51,668 nt of DNA, filler included, from Sphacelaria rigidula (GCA_964200075.2; 3 parts of 3 records of this genome joined end to end with filler, not necessarily neighbours in it); one strand, 5' to 3'. Shown: positions 13,660-26,966, numbered from the whole stretch's first letter. Notes: a model not told the origin generated them from the sequence alone. Numbers and translations: made by a program.

Positions 13660-14430
13660 CTCAATGATTGATACATGTAAGCAGGCCTGGATGCGCCAGA
13701 CTTGCCAACATAGTCCAAAATGACGCGAAGCTTCCAAATTTCTTTTTGTCACCAGCTTATATTCTTGCTCCGCAATTTCCAGAGCCTTCGTGAATTTGCG
13801 TATAGCGCGTTCTAGTTCATTTTGTTCTGTTGGCTTGTTCTCGGGATGGACATTCATCTCACGGGGGACCTGCGCGGGCTCTTGTACCCCTGAAAAACCC
13901 TCATGTTGACCCGCCTGGAGACGGGCAAATTCCAAATCTCTCAACGCATGTTCAAGCTGTGCTAGATTGCTGTTATTAATCTGGTCCCAGCACGTTTTTC
14001 GTTCAATTACCGAAAACTTGTACCAACGCAGGGGAATGGGGGCTGGGGAAGTTTGCTTGAGTTGGAAATATGCTTCGTCACGCGTGGGCGAGGATTGTTC
14101 TGGCTTGGGCTGGTCATCAACAGCCAGAGTGGGTTTATTACAGGGTTCAGCACCGGTTTGGGTGGGGGGGTCACTTGGAGAGATGCCATCTGACAATGAA
14201 GAGTGGGAACACCGTCAGCGGTTTGAGTGGCTGGTTAGTGTACAGGGGAGTGGGCAGCAACGGGTTCAGGGTCAGCATGTGGAGGAGGATTGTCTTCATC
14301 CACACTGGCGTCCCTGAAAATACGTCCTGCAACGACGCTATCATCAACATCAAAACGTTCCGGTTTGTTTTTGCCAAGCGTATCACTACGCATGATTTGG
14401 GTTGGCTGTACAGTTGTTTTCACCATTTTC
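13660..14430 (-). pseudogene. Decayed coding-like segment of unknown function (Pro-rich stretch, then helical/coiled-coil-like)
   Basis: 200-aa ORF with protein-like composition (LAQLEHALRDLE, ELERAIRKFTKALEIAEQEY). Upstream continuation is in another frame and the 3' end runs into a dispersed repeat. Confidence 0.3.
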
Positions 14431-17169
14431 TGTAGGCAGCGGACCGTCCTTCGTGACATCGTGCTACGATGAAAACGAAGGGCGGTTGATATCAGACATG
14501 GCTTGTACACGTGCGCCATTGCGCCGAACCGGTAACGTAGAGACGCAGAGGTTGAAAAGTGAACGTTCCGAAGAGGAATTGAGCATCGTAGTTGAGGAAT
14601 GAGGCGGCGTGAACAAAAATAAAAAAGGAACAGAGTGGCAGGGTACTGTCGACAGTCGATCGACATGTAGTGCCGCGCACTCCGTCCATGCATGAGGTCT
14701 ACCACCTTGTCAATCAGGTGCAGACAAGAGAGAAAGAAAAACAAATATGCCGAAGGCACACAACAAACCGTAGGGGTGTGTGTGTGTGTGTGTTGGAACA
14801 AATTGTAAGAGCAAGAGAAAATAAAACGAAGATTGTCACAAGCAACAGACATACAGTGTCTGTCACCAGCGCAACAGCGCATTAAGAGACCTGGATGCCA
14901 TGAAGGGATATACGTGTGGGACGCAGCGAACCGCAACGTCAACCACTCAGTTCTGAGGTTGAGAGAAAGAAACACAACTGTCGGATGCCGTATCGTATTT
15001 CCAGAGGCAATATCAGCGCAGCTGGTGATACTCATATAACAGCACCACCTAGTTCACTGAAAATAGCCGAGTTGGAGTCTTGGTGACGTACATCGTACAG
15101 GTCGTTGTTGTTGTCTTCACATTAAGGTCGACACTTAGTAAATGTAAAAACACAACCGGAATACAAATGTGTAGTGCAGTGCAGACAGCAGCGTAAAAAG
15201 CATCAGACAACGAAATGCTGTGTGGCACAGCACAGTACACATGATCTTCACGTGGTCCAGCGGGCGTGGTCGACAGTGCAGTACGATACCAATGTGTTCG
15301 CATCACATGAAAAAAACCCCGACACAACGTTATGCCCGCGCCGTGTTCTGATCTACAATTACAATATAGATGACTTCGTTCAGATAGTGTAGCAGTACCA
15401 ACGCATGCTACAGTACGGCACCTCACCGTCCGCAAGATATTCCCCGCTGGGACCATTTCTAATCGAAACGGTGCCGTACTGTCGTCAGCACTTCAATTCG
15501 GAACAGTATTTCAACGGGAAAAGTGAGTGGCCTTCTGGACGACCAAGTATGTACGGCAGTGCGTGTTGGTGGGGCGGCAATCAAACTCTGCGTACACTGG
15601 TGCCGTGCAAAAGTAACAAGAGTGCAGAGTCGAGCGCTTGTATACAAGTAACATGAGCCTCGCGCATCGCCGTGTTTAATCATGTTCGTGTACAGACAAA
15701 ACATCCTCATCCTGGCCCATCATGCCGCATTGATATAACTCGGTGTGCATGGTGGCTCAACGTTCCGTGTTTGGGCAAGAAAAGTCGTATGTACAGCGGG
15801 CGGCGATTGAAATAGCCCGAGAACTCTATACCTGCAAGCATGAATCGGCGTGTGTTTGGACACATGTCGGTCGGTTCGGTTGATACAGAATCGACGGACT
15901 GTGAGCAGGGGCGCTTGCGGGGGCAGGTGGTCGGGAGGGCGGTGAAAAAGCTAGGGACCCTTGAGGGGCGTATCTAAACAAGGAACGTATGAGCGGTTCA
16001 ATTATCCGAAAACTGCCCGTGGGTGAAAAAAGACACGGCACTTCAGATCGAGTGTGCATGAAAACGCTATGCTATCTCTCTGCAGTGAAAAACGTTGCCA
16101 CAGTCGCTTGGCTTGTACCGTCGATATGACCTGCAGGGTGCGGGGAATATGCTTGTGCAGCAAGAGAGGGTTGACGTGCGCGTTCATACCTGGAGCACCT
16201 CGTGGTTCGGCCGCCACTGCCTGAAACCAACGTGGGCACCGTGTGGCACATCGGAGATCTGCAGCAAACTCGAGTCGGAATGTATGTCCAACTTCGAGTA
16301 AAAGAGGGAACAGCGGTCCAAGACGCTGTCGTATTACCTTGGTGTACTACACCGCTAAATCGTGTACACAAATATCAAGTGAAAATGAAAGACCGAAAAT
16401 ACAGGGCTTGAAAAAAAACCCAACGAAGGGTTGTGGTGGACTGGAATGCGTACAACAGCAGCCCACGGAGAGAAAAACAGTACAGCTTGAGGCCACAAGC
16501 TACCTCTGAAGCCCCATGTGTGGTGGAATAGGCAATTACCACAAGCAGTAGTGCCGTATACCTCGGACGCGAGCAAGCCACACCCTTGTGAGGTGTATGC
16601 CGCGGTCCTGGATTGACTTGTTACACTCAAACTGTATGTTACTCTCCCACAAGGGCAGTCGTCAACAGTAGACAGCTCTAGCTGAAAGTAAGCACTGAGC
16701 TCTTTCTGAAAAGGAAACACCACTGTGATATCAAGGGATTATATTACTTGTGACTTACTCGTCACAGCTTGCCGGCAGAAGGGGAGGCGTCGCGCAGAAC
16801 AGATGAAAGCTGATGGTCCTTCTTGTGAGTAGATCTACGGTAGACCTTTCTCTGACAGGTGGAACGCAAGTGCCTGCATGGGCGATGCGGCACACGATTA
16901 CCCTCAAAACCTCCAAGCTACGCATACAATCTTGTCATATAAATACCACTCCACGTGGCGCACTGTACCCCAAGCCAATCGAAAGCTGTAGTAGCAGAAG
17001 GTACACGCTGCTAATCGGGTACAATCCTTTCACCTTCAACCCGCTGCGACAACAATACAAAGACACATCCGACTAGAATCCTTCCATACCCGCTGGTCGT
17101 TTCTGGGGACCATCTGCATATCCACAAGGAAACTAGTTTTACTTCAGGCCCTCAGTCATTTACCATCAC

Positions 17170-17269
17170 NNNNNNNNNNNNNNNNNNNNNNNNNNNNNNN
17201 NNNNNNNNNNNNNTTAATTAATTAANNNNNNNNNNNNNNNNNNNNNNNNNNNNNNNNNNNNNNNNNNNN
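17170..17269. other. Artificial assembly spacer
   Basis: 100 nt of N with a central TTAATTAATTAA (stops in all frames). Confidence 0.98.
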
Positions 17270-17399
17270 AGGCTCCTCTCTGTGGGGTGATGCAAAGTGC
17301 CCGAGACGTGTGTTGGCGGTTTTCCCTGTGTTGGGGTCAAAAGGTGGGCCAAACGTCCCAAAAGTGAACAACCCGTGGGCCAAAAATCTGTTTGCCATA

Positions 17400-18500
17400 A
17401 CATCCGGCCGGATCAAAATTCCCCCTGTTCTTTTGTCGCTCGACTGTTTTTCATTGAAAATCCGTGTTCGGCCAAAAATGAAAGTGCGGCCAGCGGGAAA
17501 TGCAAAGTTGCCCTGCAGCGCGGTCTCATCGACTATAGCAAGTCGTTCCAAGGCGTCAATATCCGCCTAGCCCTCTTTCAGGCGTAAAACGACGATGAAG
17601 GGCCAAAAAGGCAGGTTTGAACAGGAATTTTGAACGGCTCCCATTAAAGTCGGTCCAGAGTCGGTCCAAGACCGACTTTAATGGGAGCCGTTCAAAATTC
17701 CCGTTGAAAACTGCCTTTTTGGCCTAAACCGACTCTCATGGTGCCGCGCCCCGGTCGTGTAATGGTCCGACTATCGCCATTGGGGTGGAGAGAACGGGGA
17801 TCCGATTTCCGATGCGTTGGTTTTTTCTTCGCAATGTATGATTTCCACCGTGGAAAGCGTAAGAACGTGAGTAAACAAAGGAGTCGACTGGGTTTGTGTG
17901 ACGTGGGTTGACGCGGTGCGGGAGTGCTGACCCAATCCACGAGACCATAATGAAAGGCGCGTACCAGGGGAGAGACGGGTTGATCCCTTGAGACCACAGA
18001 CTCATCCCGGGGAAGGGGAGGGGTTCAAAGTATGAGGATGAAGAAAAAATGGGAGCCGTTCAAAATTTCTGTTAAAAACTGCCTCTCTGGCCTTCTCCGT
18101 CGTTTTTCGCCTGAAAAGAGGACTAGGCGGATATTGACGCTTTGGAATGACTTCCTCTACTCATTCAGGCCGTTCCAGGGCAACTTTGCATTTCCCGCTG
18201 GCCGGACTTTCATTTTTGGCCAAACGCGGATTTTCAACAAAAAGAGACGGTCAAGCGATAAAAAATCAGGGGGAAATTTTGATCACCTCACCGTTTTATA
18301 CTGAACATCTGTGTTTGGCCCTATTTGGTCAAAAAAATAAAAGTGCGGCCAGCGCGTAATGCAAAGTTGCCCTAGAACGGTCTCAACGAGTAGAGCAAGT
18401 CATTCCAAGGCGTTAACATGCGTCTAGCCCTCTTTTCGGGCGTAAATCGACGGAGAAGGGCCCAAAAGGCAGTTTTAAACAGGAATTTTGAACGACTCTC
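17400..18500. repeat. Foldback array of a ~240-bp unit in alternating orientation
   Basis: 17410-17646 is the reverse of 18048-18290, and 18310-18500 is reversed again. Perfect 32-bp hairpin arms at 17624-17655 and 17670-17701. Confidence 0.8.
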
Positions 18501-19644
18501 TTTAGAGTTGGCCTAAGACACGCCGAACTGCGGAGAGATTTCGTCTCTTCTTCTTGCTTGCTTGATACAAAAATCAATTTCTCTCTGCCGTTTTTTTGGA
18601 CAGGACACGCCTCTGTGGGCTGGAAAGCATGTCGTTGAAAAACAGGGCAATATTCCCGTCACCGCTACTACAGTCCTCTGCCACACACATGCCAGCAAGG
18701 ACGGTGCTGCGGCAATAAGAGATATATCAAATTTGAACTCAGGGGGTGTTATTCATCGTTGATTTTCCCCGACCTTCCCCCAACCGGGTGCCCGAGCAGA
18801 AGAGCGTGCCACACGCCAGTTGAGGGGGGTGTATTAGAGATCAAACACTTGTAGAGACCCTCTTGGCATACGGAGTGAAAAAAGATACCCATGGTGGTGA
18901 CCTAACTGTTGCTAGCGTGGCGCATAGGAGTCCGCCCATGCCGCAATCTGCAGCACACACTGGCCTCGTAAACACCTAAATAATAGGTACAATAGTACGA
19001 GTAGCTTTCCATAATTAATAATTATTTCGATGTCAGGAGATCATACGTTATTACAAGTTGGGAGGAGAGACAAGAGTGATCTACGATCAACCGCATGTCG
19101 TTGCATTCGAGATCCACGCCATCAACCGCCGACAGCGAGGGTCTTGTGGCTTTCACGCGACGCTGTCGGCAGTACGGCAGGCAAATCGGATCATAGCTAC
19201 CTTTCTTTTCTGAACACCTGTGAAAGCTGGAGAGTTTGATTTTCATTAACTGCATCCGCACAATTGAAACGACTCTCAAAACCTGAGGGAAGGTGGCCGT
19301 TTCGGGTCTAGTTAAACATCCGAAGATACCATCGAACAGCAACACCAAACTTTTCTGGGATTGGCATCAGGTAGTCCTTGAAGAACGGAACAGAAATCGA
19401 CAAGTTATCGTTCGTATTAGAAAATAATGCGCATGAAAGGCTTTGCAGGTTGGAAAACACGGATTTTGATGGAAAGAAACTCTCCGGGCCCCCATTTGTG
19501 TTGTATGCGCCTGTAAAAAGTCTTTTCTCGTTCATCAATATCTGGCTGGGGGACAGAGAAGCCGTGAGTAAAACAGAATCCATGCGCCTTTGGTCAGTAC
19601 CCAGTCCCACGGAGGCCAACCTGGATATCAAAGCTGCCGTTTAA

Positions 19645-20325
19645 CGGTATAAGCAGACGGGGCTGTTTATTTACCTTGATGGAGCGAGCTATCAGCGCGG
19701 ATGCGAAAATGTCCGTCGAAATCAACCGCCGTATCAGCGCGGCGTGGGCGCGTATCCGAAATTATAGCTCCCAACTCTACGACCGACCCAACGCCGAGCT
19801 ATCCTTGAAAGTTCGACTGCTTAAAGCGGAGGTGGTAGAAGCTCTGTTGTATGGGTGTGCTACATGAACGCTACGTTATGAGGACTTTGACAGTCTGCGC
19901 ACTGCCCATCACAAGCTCTTGCTGCGAGTGGTTGGATTCCGCAGGAACAATCGAAATGGCTACAAGACCATTTTGTACAGAGCGGTGCTCGAGATGACCA
20001 AGTGCGAACACATCGAGACGACTATCCGCAAACGTCAACTCTGGTTCGCGGGAGCACTTGTCCGGCAGAAGGAAACACGCCTTCCCAAGCGTGCCATGAA
20101 CGGTCGGCTTTCCACATGAGGACCCAAGGAGGTCGGCCGCCCCCTCAAGCAATGGGAGAATACCCTAACGGAGAACCTGCGTGCGCTAGGGGCTGTCCCG
20201 CACACAGGAGCCCGACGAAAGTGGTTCGTCTACGGTGTAGAGATTAACGATGTATACGATTGGGTCACTGCGGCGAAGAACTTGGGCAAGTGGCATATTG
20301 GCGTCGAAAAGAACCGGGGCGCGGC
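19645..20325 (+). mobile_element. RTE-type LINE, 3' part of ORF2 (decayed)
   Basis: FIYL..AIS...EINRRISAAW...SLKVRLLKAEVVEALLYGCAT*...IRKRQLWFAGALVRQKETRLPKR...GRPLKQW, the characteristic RTE post-RT region. Confidence 0.85.
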
Positions 20326-20439
20326 AGTACTCGCTCCTTAACATCACCCAACCCGGCGCTCACCCCAACATCAAGTACCTCAGGTAATGCCTTCCTTGTT
20401 ATTCTCCTGCGCTCGTCACGAGAAACAGCAACACTCTGG

Positions 20440-21187
20440 AGTTGAGTGGCGCAATGAAGCTTCACAGATTTTGCGAAGAAGAGGTGTGCGATGCATACGT
20501 TTTCACGGAGTTGAACAAGCAAGAAACCAGCTGCGTTCTAGACGTCTTGGATACTTATTTGATTATAGTTTCAGGTATATTGCTCGGCTGTTGCACTCCA
20601 TTTGACGTCTGTGATTTTGCAGGTTTGGAGTCAGGAGACTTGTTTGGGGCATGGGTTTGACAAATTGGGCGTCAATTATTACTCCGTGACTCGGAGCGAT
20701 GCAAGTAGCGTGATGGCGTGTTCATGATGGACGTTTTGGATCTCTTTCGAGTTGTTCGCAAACTGGACACGCTTTTACGGCTGTCATATACTGCGGTAGG
20801 GATTGCCATTCTTTGTGAAAATGACGGTTAACTTCGGCAACAGTGATGTCTACGTTCATCAAGCTCTAGGTTGACTACTTGTTGGTAGTAAGTGAGCTTT
20901 GGGGGTGCACTCCGGGCACTATGGTTACCGTGGTTGGGTACATGACTGCAGTGAAGAAATGCATAGCCGGCGTTTATAGGCTGGTTAATCGATACCGGGT
21001 CTGAAACTATGATCGGTGAACTCCGTGATGTATGATGTTTGCATACAAGATGTGCCGGTCACTCCCGGTTTTAACGAAGACTGCTGTTTCTATAACTGCT
21101 TGAGTCTTGAAGTCTCTGGATCCCGTAACAGGGAGGAAGCCTCCGGAGCAGTACTGTGATCTTGTTCTGGTTTTAGACAAGCCTACA
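20440..21187 (+). repeat. LTR fragment ending ...AAGCCTACA
   Basis: Reverse match to 33410-33900. Its 3' part is duplicated at 21420-21763. Confidence 0.75.
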
Positions 21188-21410
21188 GTTCCCAATCCAC
21201 CGTTGTCAAATGGTAGGTGTGAAAGGATCATGCGAGAGATTATCTGTACTTTGAAGGGCAATACTGCGAGAGGAGAGCCGCGATATCCGTGACTGGGTGG
21301 ACTTGTGCCTGCCGTGCAGTGGGCGTTGAACACGGCATTCCGCGAGTAGTTCGCCAGTACGCCATGCCATGTGATGTTTGGACATGCGCCGCGTACGAAT
21401 GCTTCGATCT
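21188..21410 (+). pseudogene. Gypsy integrase core C-terminal fragment
   Basis: SNGRCERIMREIICTLK...AVQWALNTAFRE*FASTPCHVMFGHAPRT, the typical NGxxER / A.N / TP..FG integrase motifs. Confidence 0.8.
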
Positions 21411-21419
21411 GTAGACTCC

Positions 21420-22617
21420 GGGCAGCAATGATATCTGAGTTTATCAAGCTCTAGGTTGGTAGTAAGCGAGCTTTGGGGGTGCTGTAGACTCCGGGCAACA
21501 TTGTTACCTTGATTCGGTACATGACTTCAGTGGAAAAAATGCATAGCAGGCGGTTATAGGCTTCTCGATGGATAACGGGTCTCAGAGTATGATCGGTGGA
21601 CTCCGTGATGTATGATGTTTGCATACGAGGTGCGTAGGTCACTTCTGCTTTAACGAAGACTGCTGTTTGTATAACTGCTTGAGTCTCGAAGTCTCTGGAG
21701 CCCGTGACAGGGAGGAAACCTCTGGAGCACGGTGACCTCGTTCTGATCCAGGATAAGTCTACAATAAACGTTTATGCAGGAAACTTGTCGGTTCTGGAAA
21801 AGGTTGGTGAAACCATACCCCACGTCTGTAAAACGGGGGACCCTCACGTTGAAAAACAGGGGGGGAGGAAGAGGCGGAGAGAGAGGCGTTGGTCATATAA
21901 GCGAAGACAACTGAAGGGAAGACGCCTTTTGGAATGATGGCAGCGCGCAGGGGGATGGAAGGAGTAGAGCCGAGAAGGTTCTGGGGTAGTGCTAGGGTGC
22001 GCTTTGGTATCGGTTGATCACCAGCTGTTGTCCGGAGAGCCTGCCAAAAGACACGGCGCAATTACTACCTCAGACGGGAGAGTTGTAACAGGGCTGGCTC
22101 AAGGTTAGCCAGCCGCGTTCAAGACGAGGAGTCTAAGGACTTCAAACACGTGGTGAGACCTTCGTGAGGAAGGGGCGCTCACCATTGTCGTTTTGTGGCC
22201 GAGCGCGTCTCGGTGTATGGAAAGTTGTTGTTTCTGTGATTGAGAAACAACCTTGGTTTTTCTTGAACCGCTGTTGAGCTGTTAAGGTGCTGCTTCGTGA
22301 GTGTCCACTATGTACATATATCGTGGTGGCTCGGTGCTTGATGAGAAGCGTGGAGGTAGCGGCAAAAGCCTGTCCGGTTGTTCAAAATGATGAAGTACAG
22401 ACTATGCCATCGTCGATGGTCATGTTGTCCCTGTACTGGCGCTAGAGGTGCCGTACTACTTATTGCAGTTTTTCGAGCGAGAAATCAGCTGAGTTTATAC
22501 GGAAATACGAAAGAAATGTGCGAGATGTAGATCAGGTCAACGCGCGGTGAACAAGCCTCTTTGAGGTGACAGCAGTTTCTGACCTCATGTCGAGACATAT
22601 TGCGATATGTCTGTTTG
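21420..22617 (+). mobile_element. Second B-like copy: LTR end (to 21763), leader and decayed gag-like ORF, cut by an opposite-strand LTR
   Basis: The leader matches the reverse of 31680-31862. 21960-22610 matches the reverse of 26720-27310. Confidence 0.75.
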
Positions 22618-23235
22618 TGTGAACCTGCCTGGAATCAGAACAAGGTTACAGTACTGCTCCAGAGGCTTCCCCCCTGTCACGGGCTCCAGAGACTTCAAGA
22701 CTCAGCAGGTATACAAACGGCAGTCTTCGTTACCCAGAAGTAAGCTTCATGGGCTTTCCCCACCAACACGATATGTTACGCATCCAATAGTCATCCTCAA
22801 ACCAATCAATCCAGGATCCGCCGCATATCTACATGTTGCATGTATACTGTAGGCGGACTACTCTACAGCACCCTCCGAAACTTCGCACTACTCGAACTAG
22901 AAAGCGAATTTGACAATACAGGAGACCGACAGTACCCTACGATGTCAACAAGAGACAAGCATTCAATATCAGACCGCATCAGGTCGAATCACACCCCCAG
23001 TATAATCTTTAAGAACACCAGCACGACCTACTCCAACATGTTAGGCAAACGATAACCAAGCGGTATAATCAACGAACACCGAATTGCATAGTAGAATCTA
23101 TGAAGTACGCCAACAACCAACCACAGCTTGAAACCCAACCAATCAGAGCTTGAGGCCATACTTAGCCAGCAAACGCGCCCGTACCTGCTTTTTAGTCGCA
23201 ACTTACGCAATTTAGACCGCACAAACTGCGGGGCT
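22618..23235 (-). repeat. LTR 3'-end fragment (element A type)
   Basis: TGTGAACCTGCCTGGAATCAGAACAAGGTTACAG...TGTCACGGGCTCCAGAGACTTCAAGACTC is nearly identical to 31863-31990. Confidence 0.75.
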
Positions 23236-25240
23236 TGTAGACTTCTGTCACTCAAGATCAGATTGCCATGTGGACTCCTCCCATCACGGGTACATGGACT
23301 TCAACAGCTTTAGTTATTCACATATTAACGCTCAGCATAGTACAGGAGAACAGGATCATAGCCTCTCTCCACCAGAGTAGCAAAACCGGCTCTACTCGTC
23401 ATGGAGGTCACAATCACAGAGTCCGTCAATCAGACCCACAACTCCACCTACGAAGTCCCTGACCTTAGGTAATAATGGTGGCTAGGTCTACAGCACCCCC
23501 AAAGCTCTCTACTATCAACAAGTAGTTACACCAGAGCTTGATAAACTCAGACGTTATTGGTGCCTGATAGTATCGTCGTTTTCCGCAAAGAATAGCAATC
23601 TCTTCCGCTGCTTTCGACAACAGTTCCATACGAGCTTGCCCCATTCCCGAACAACTCTCAAGAGATCCCAAGAAAATATCGTCCATCATGAACATGAAAT
23701 CACGCTACTTGCACCACTTCGAGTTACAAAGCGATAGCTAGCGCCAAATTTTGAAATCTTTGCCCAAGACAAGTCTCTTGACTCTTTATCGGCACGAAAC
23801 CGGAAATGTCAGCGAACGTCAAAATCCAGAGCATTCGTGACTCATCGTTCCTCTCATCCGAGACAAGATACTTCTCAACATACAAAATGCACTTTTTGTA
23901 CGTTCAACCCCTGTGCGACGGAGTGCAACAGCCAAATGATACATCATCCTCACACTAGAAGGAAGGAAGCACCCAACATGTCTAAAACGCACCTGCCATC
24001 TTGCTTCTGCAACACCGTCAACAACGTATGCATCGCATGCCTCCCTGAAGTCAAAGCTTAAATGCTTCAACTTGCCATTGTTTCATTGGGACAATCAGAG
24101 GAAAGCCATGACTCCAACCGCTATTCAAGTTATGCACACTAATCCAACGACGGCGAACGGACCTCAACCTCCGCCATCATTCATCACCCGTAGTGATATC
24201 GTTCTCAAACTCTAGTTTTCGAGGAAATCCCAGACATTTCGATATCTCGTTTGGATCTTGGACCGTCATATCCCATCCGTGCATCAGCCAAAATGTAGAA
24301 AAAATGATTTCCTCGACACTCTTGCAGTCCACCTGCACCAGTTCTTCCAAATCATCCACATGCTCCTTCTGACATGAACGAAAAACCAACCACGTGCTCG
24401 TTCAAACACGTGACATTCCATACAAAAACATGCCACGGTCAAAGATCATTGATGCATGCGCGCATAATGTCTTTATCTTCAACCACCGGAAGCGCCCGCG
24501 TCATACCTGCTCACATACAACGAGCCTACGCATTTCGTACCTTTCGGCTCATTTTCACGCTAACAGCAGCAATCCATATATCCTGCAGTCAGTACGTGCA
24601 AACCGCACAAATACTATTCGACTGTATTCCTGCGCGAACAAGATTATACGAGCTTCACTTCATTTAGCATACAGCAGCATATTGAAAACTGCCTCACCCT
24701 AGGTCGTCACCAGATATCATTCATATATCAGTACCATTCGAGCAAAAATTCGCACATGCCTGCCAAATTTCCACTCAGTATATGAAAATCCGCACATGCT
24801 TGCCAATATTTCACTCAGCACATGCAATGCCACCTTCCGCGCAGCAAACGCCATGCATCGTCCATGCCAACCACATCAGCACAGCACACACATCCCAAAT
24901 ATCCACGTGTAGGCCAGATTTTTACCCTGCACACGCGATACGATCATACTCGCTCAACAACCATGTTTCATGCGCAAGCATGACCACAAACCACACAATC
25001 ACAAGCTGAAATCATTCTCGAAATGATTCGCGAATACCAGTCATAATGTGTCTCCTCATTCTCAACAAGCACTCCATCACCATAACACTTGCTCCTCAAC
25101 ATCACCACCCAATTCGGCGCTCACAACAACAGCAAACACCTCAGGTAATGCCTGCTTTGTAGTCCTCCAGCCCGCTGAGAAACAGCAGCACTCGAACCAC
25201 AACTCCGTGCACAGCGTGGAGCAGCCTTTCCTCTCGGACA
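23236..25240 (-). repeat. Putative 3' LTR of element B
   Basis: TGT...ACA termini, preceded by a purine-rich tract. Homologous to element A LTR at 33410-34400. The start at 25240 is tentative. Confidence 0.55.
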
Positions 25241-25727
25241 CTCGCCCCTTGCACCTTCAGTCTAGCTACACCTGGCACCCCCATGGTGTAGCTCAACACG
25301 CCTCTAAAAGGTATATTCGCACCGTCAAACCAATGCTACAAATCCTCTGCACCCACAGATGCTTGCGCATTCACAAACGTTCGTTCTTCAGTCGCTTTTA
25401 CAGAAGGAATAAGAGGCGAAACGGGAACATCCATACAGTCCCGCACAGCAAAACCCCCCGATGGCACCACGCCGTCCTCCTCCACGCCATCCTCCTCCAG
25501 CACCTGACCGTACAGCGGCAAAGACACCGCAATCAACACCGCCGAATACGCCAAACCTGTCCATGCATACAGCAGTGCACACGATCACCCCAACACCACG
25601 CGACGCTTGTCGTCACTGTCAGAATAGTGATCGCTAACAACATCACGAGCTTGCAGCTTGCTCTGCGTACCCGCTTCACGCAGGTCACACGCCCCCGTTG
25701 TTTCGATCATGCAAGGCATGTTCACAG

Positions 25728-26966
25728 CTACGCGCTGCTCCGGCGGCAATTCCGCCAACCCGGCACCCACCTGCCGTCAAGCAGACACCCCTGCGAATCG
25801 TCTGACCGATCTCCCGCCATATCACTGGCGCAGATAGATTCACCCTGAGCATCGCAAGCCTCAAGCTTACTCTGCTCACTCTTATCACGAAGATAACACC
25901 ACCTTGCAGCGGTGAGGCCAGGTGTGTCCCCAATCACCCTCTGGTCCGGCGGCCACAAGCAACCTGGACCTTTGCCGCTCAGCGCTAGCTCATCGGAGCA
26001 AATTAGCGTCGCGCTTCCAGCAGCAGCGGCAGCAGCGACTGGATAAAATATTCTCGCTTGAGCCACCACCTCCTGCTCAGCGCACTCCTGAACGGCAACA
26101 GCGGCAGCTGAGCTGCCTGCAGTCTGCTCGAGCTGCGTGGTATATTCACCCTCTCCAACACCAATACCAGCAGCATCCAAACCAATGCTTACCGTGGTAC
26201 TGTAGGCGGGCGCGCTCTCATGCCTACCCGTTTTGACAGACACGTGCTGCGTCTCCTTCCCGCTCTGCACGGTGGAAACAGCTGCCCTGTATCGTGGTTG
26301 AAGACGCGCCCTACCGACTGCACGTTCAACGGGTGCACTATCGCGCCCATCCCCTCGGGTAGACACATGCTTCTTGGCTTTCACAGTGCTAGCATCTGCC
26401 CTGTATCGTTGTTTCAAATGCGCAGCATCTACTGCACGTTCGGCGGGTGCAGTGTCGTCGTGCCTGTCCCCTCGGGCAGACATATGTTTCTCGGCTGTCA
26501 CACGGCAAGCAGCCGCCCTGTATCGTTGTTTCAAACGCGCAGCACCTACTGCACGTTCGGTGGGTGCAGTGTCGTGCCTGTCCCCTCGGGCAGACACATG
26601 TTTCTGGGCTGTCACAGGGCAAGCAGCCCCACCAGACGGCGCATGCTTGCGCAAAACGAAAAGCAACTGCTCGTTCTCAACATGATAGTCATTCAAAAAC
26701 GTGTCACACAGAAATTTTGCAATATGTTTCGGCATGAGCTCAGAAACTGCTGCCACCTCAAAGAGGTTTGTCCACCGCGCGTTCACCTGATCCACATCTC
26801 GCAAAAAATATTGCTCGTGTTTGCGTAAAAGTTCGTCCGATTTCTCGCTCGAAAACTTGCGGCCGTAGTACGACATCTCCAGCGCCAGTACAGGAACAAC
26901 GCGATAATCGACGATGACATATTCCTGCGCCTCATCCATTTCGGTCAGCAGTATAGTACTCCACAC
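25728..26966 (-). CDS. gag-like ORF of element B with an internal repeat tail (probably part of a longer, frameshifted ORF)
   Basis: 412-aa open frame. YGRKFS...ELMPKHIAKFLCDT aligns with YGRVFS...ELEPKHIQNGVFDT of element A gag. Confidence 0.55.
   Translation of the reverse strand: MWSTILLTEMDEAQEYVIVDYRVVPVLALEMSYYGRKFSSEKSDELLRKHEQYFLRDVDQVNARWTNLFEVAAVSELMPKHIAKFLCDTFLNDYHVENEQLLFVLRKHAPSGGAACPVTAQKHVSARGDRHDTAPTERAVGAARLKQRYRAAACRVTAEKHMSARGDRHDDTAPAERAVDAAHLKQRYRADASTVKAKKHVSTRGDGRDSAPVERAVGRARLQPRYRAAVSTVQSGKETQHVSVKTGRHESAPAYSTTVSIGLDAAGIGVGEGEYTTQLEQTAGSSAAAVAVQECAEQEVVAQARIFYPVAAAAAAGSATLICSDELALSGKGPGCLWPPDQRVIGDTPGLTAARWCYLRDKSEQSKLEACDAQGESICASDMAGDRSDDSQGCLLDGRWVPGWRNCRRSSA
26210..26625 (-). 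repeat. About 3.5 tandem ~115-bp units inside the gag-like ORF
   Basis: KHVSARGDRHDTAPxERAVxxAxLxQRYRAA occurs three times, plus a partial unit. Confidence 0.85.

Noticed and set aside
17170-17269. TTAATTAATTAA palindrome (also at 34465)
   Set aside because: Artificial linker within N runs.
25048-25848. 266-aa plus-strand ORF (likewise 30965-31633 and 42467-43249)
   Set aside because: Antisense to retroelement sequence.
25728-26966. env-like third ORF of element A
   Set aside because: It is preceded by its own LTR end and leader and resembles gag, so it belongs to a separate element.
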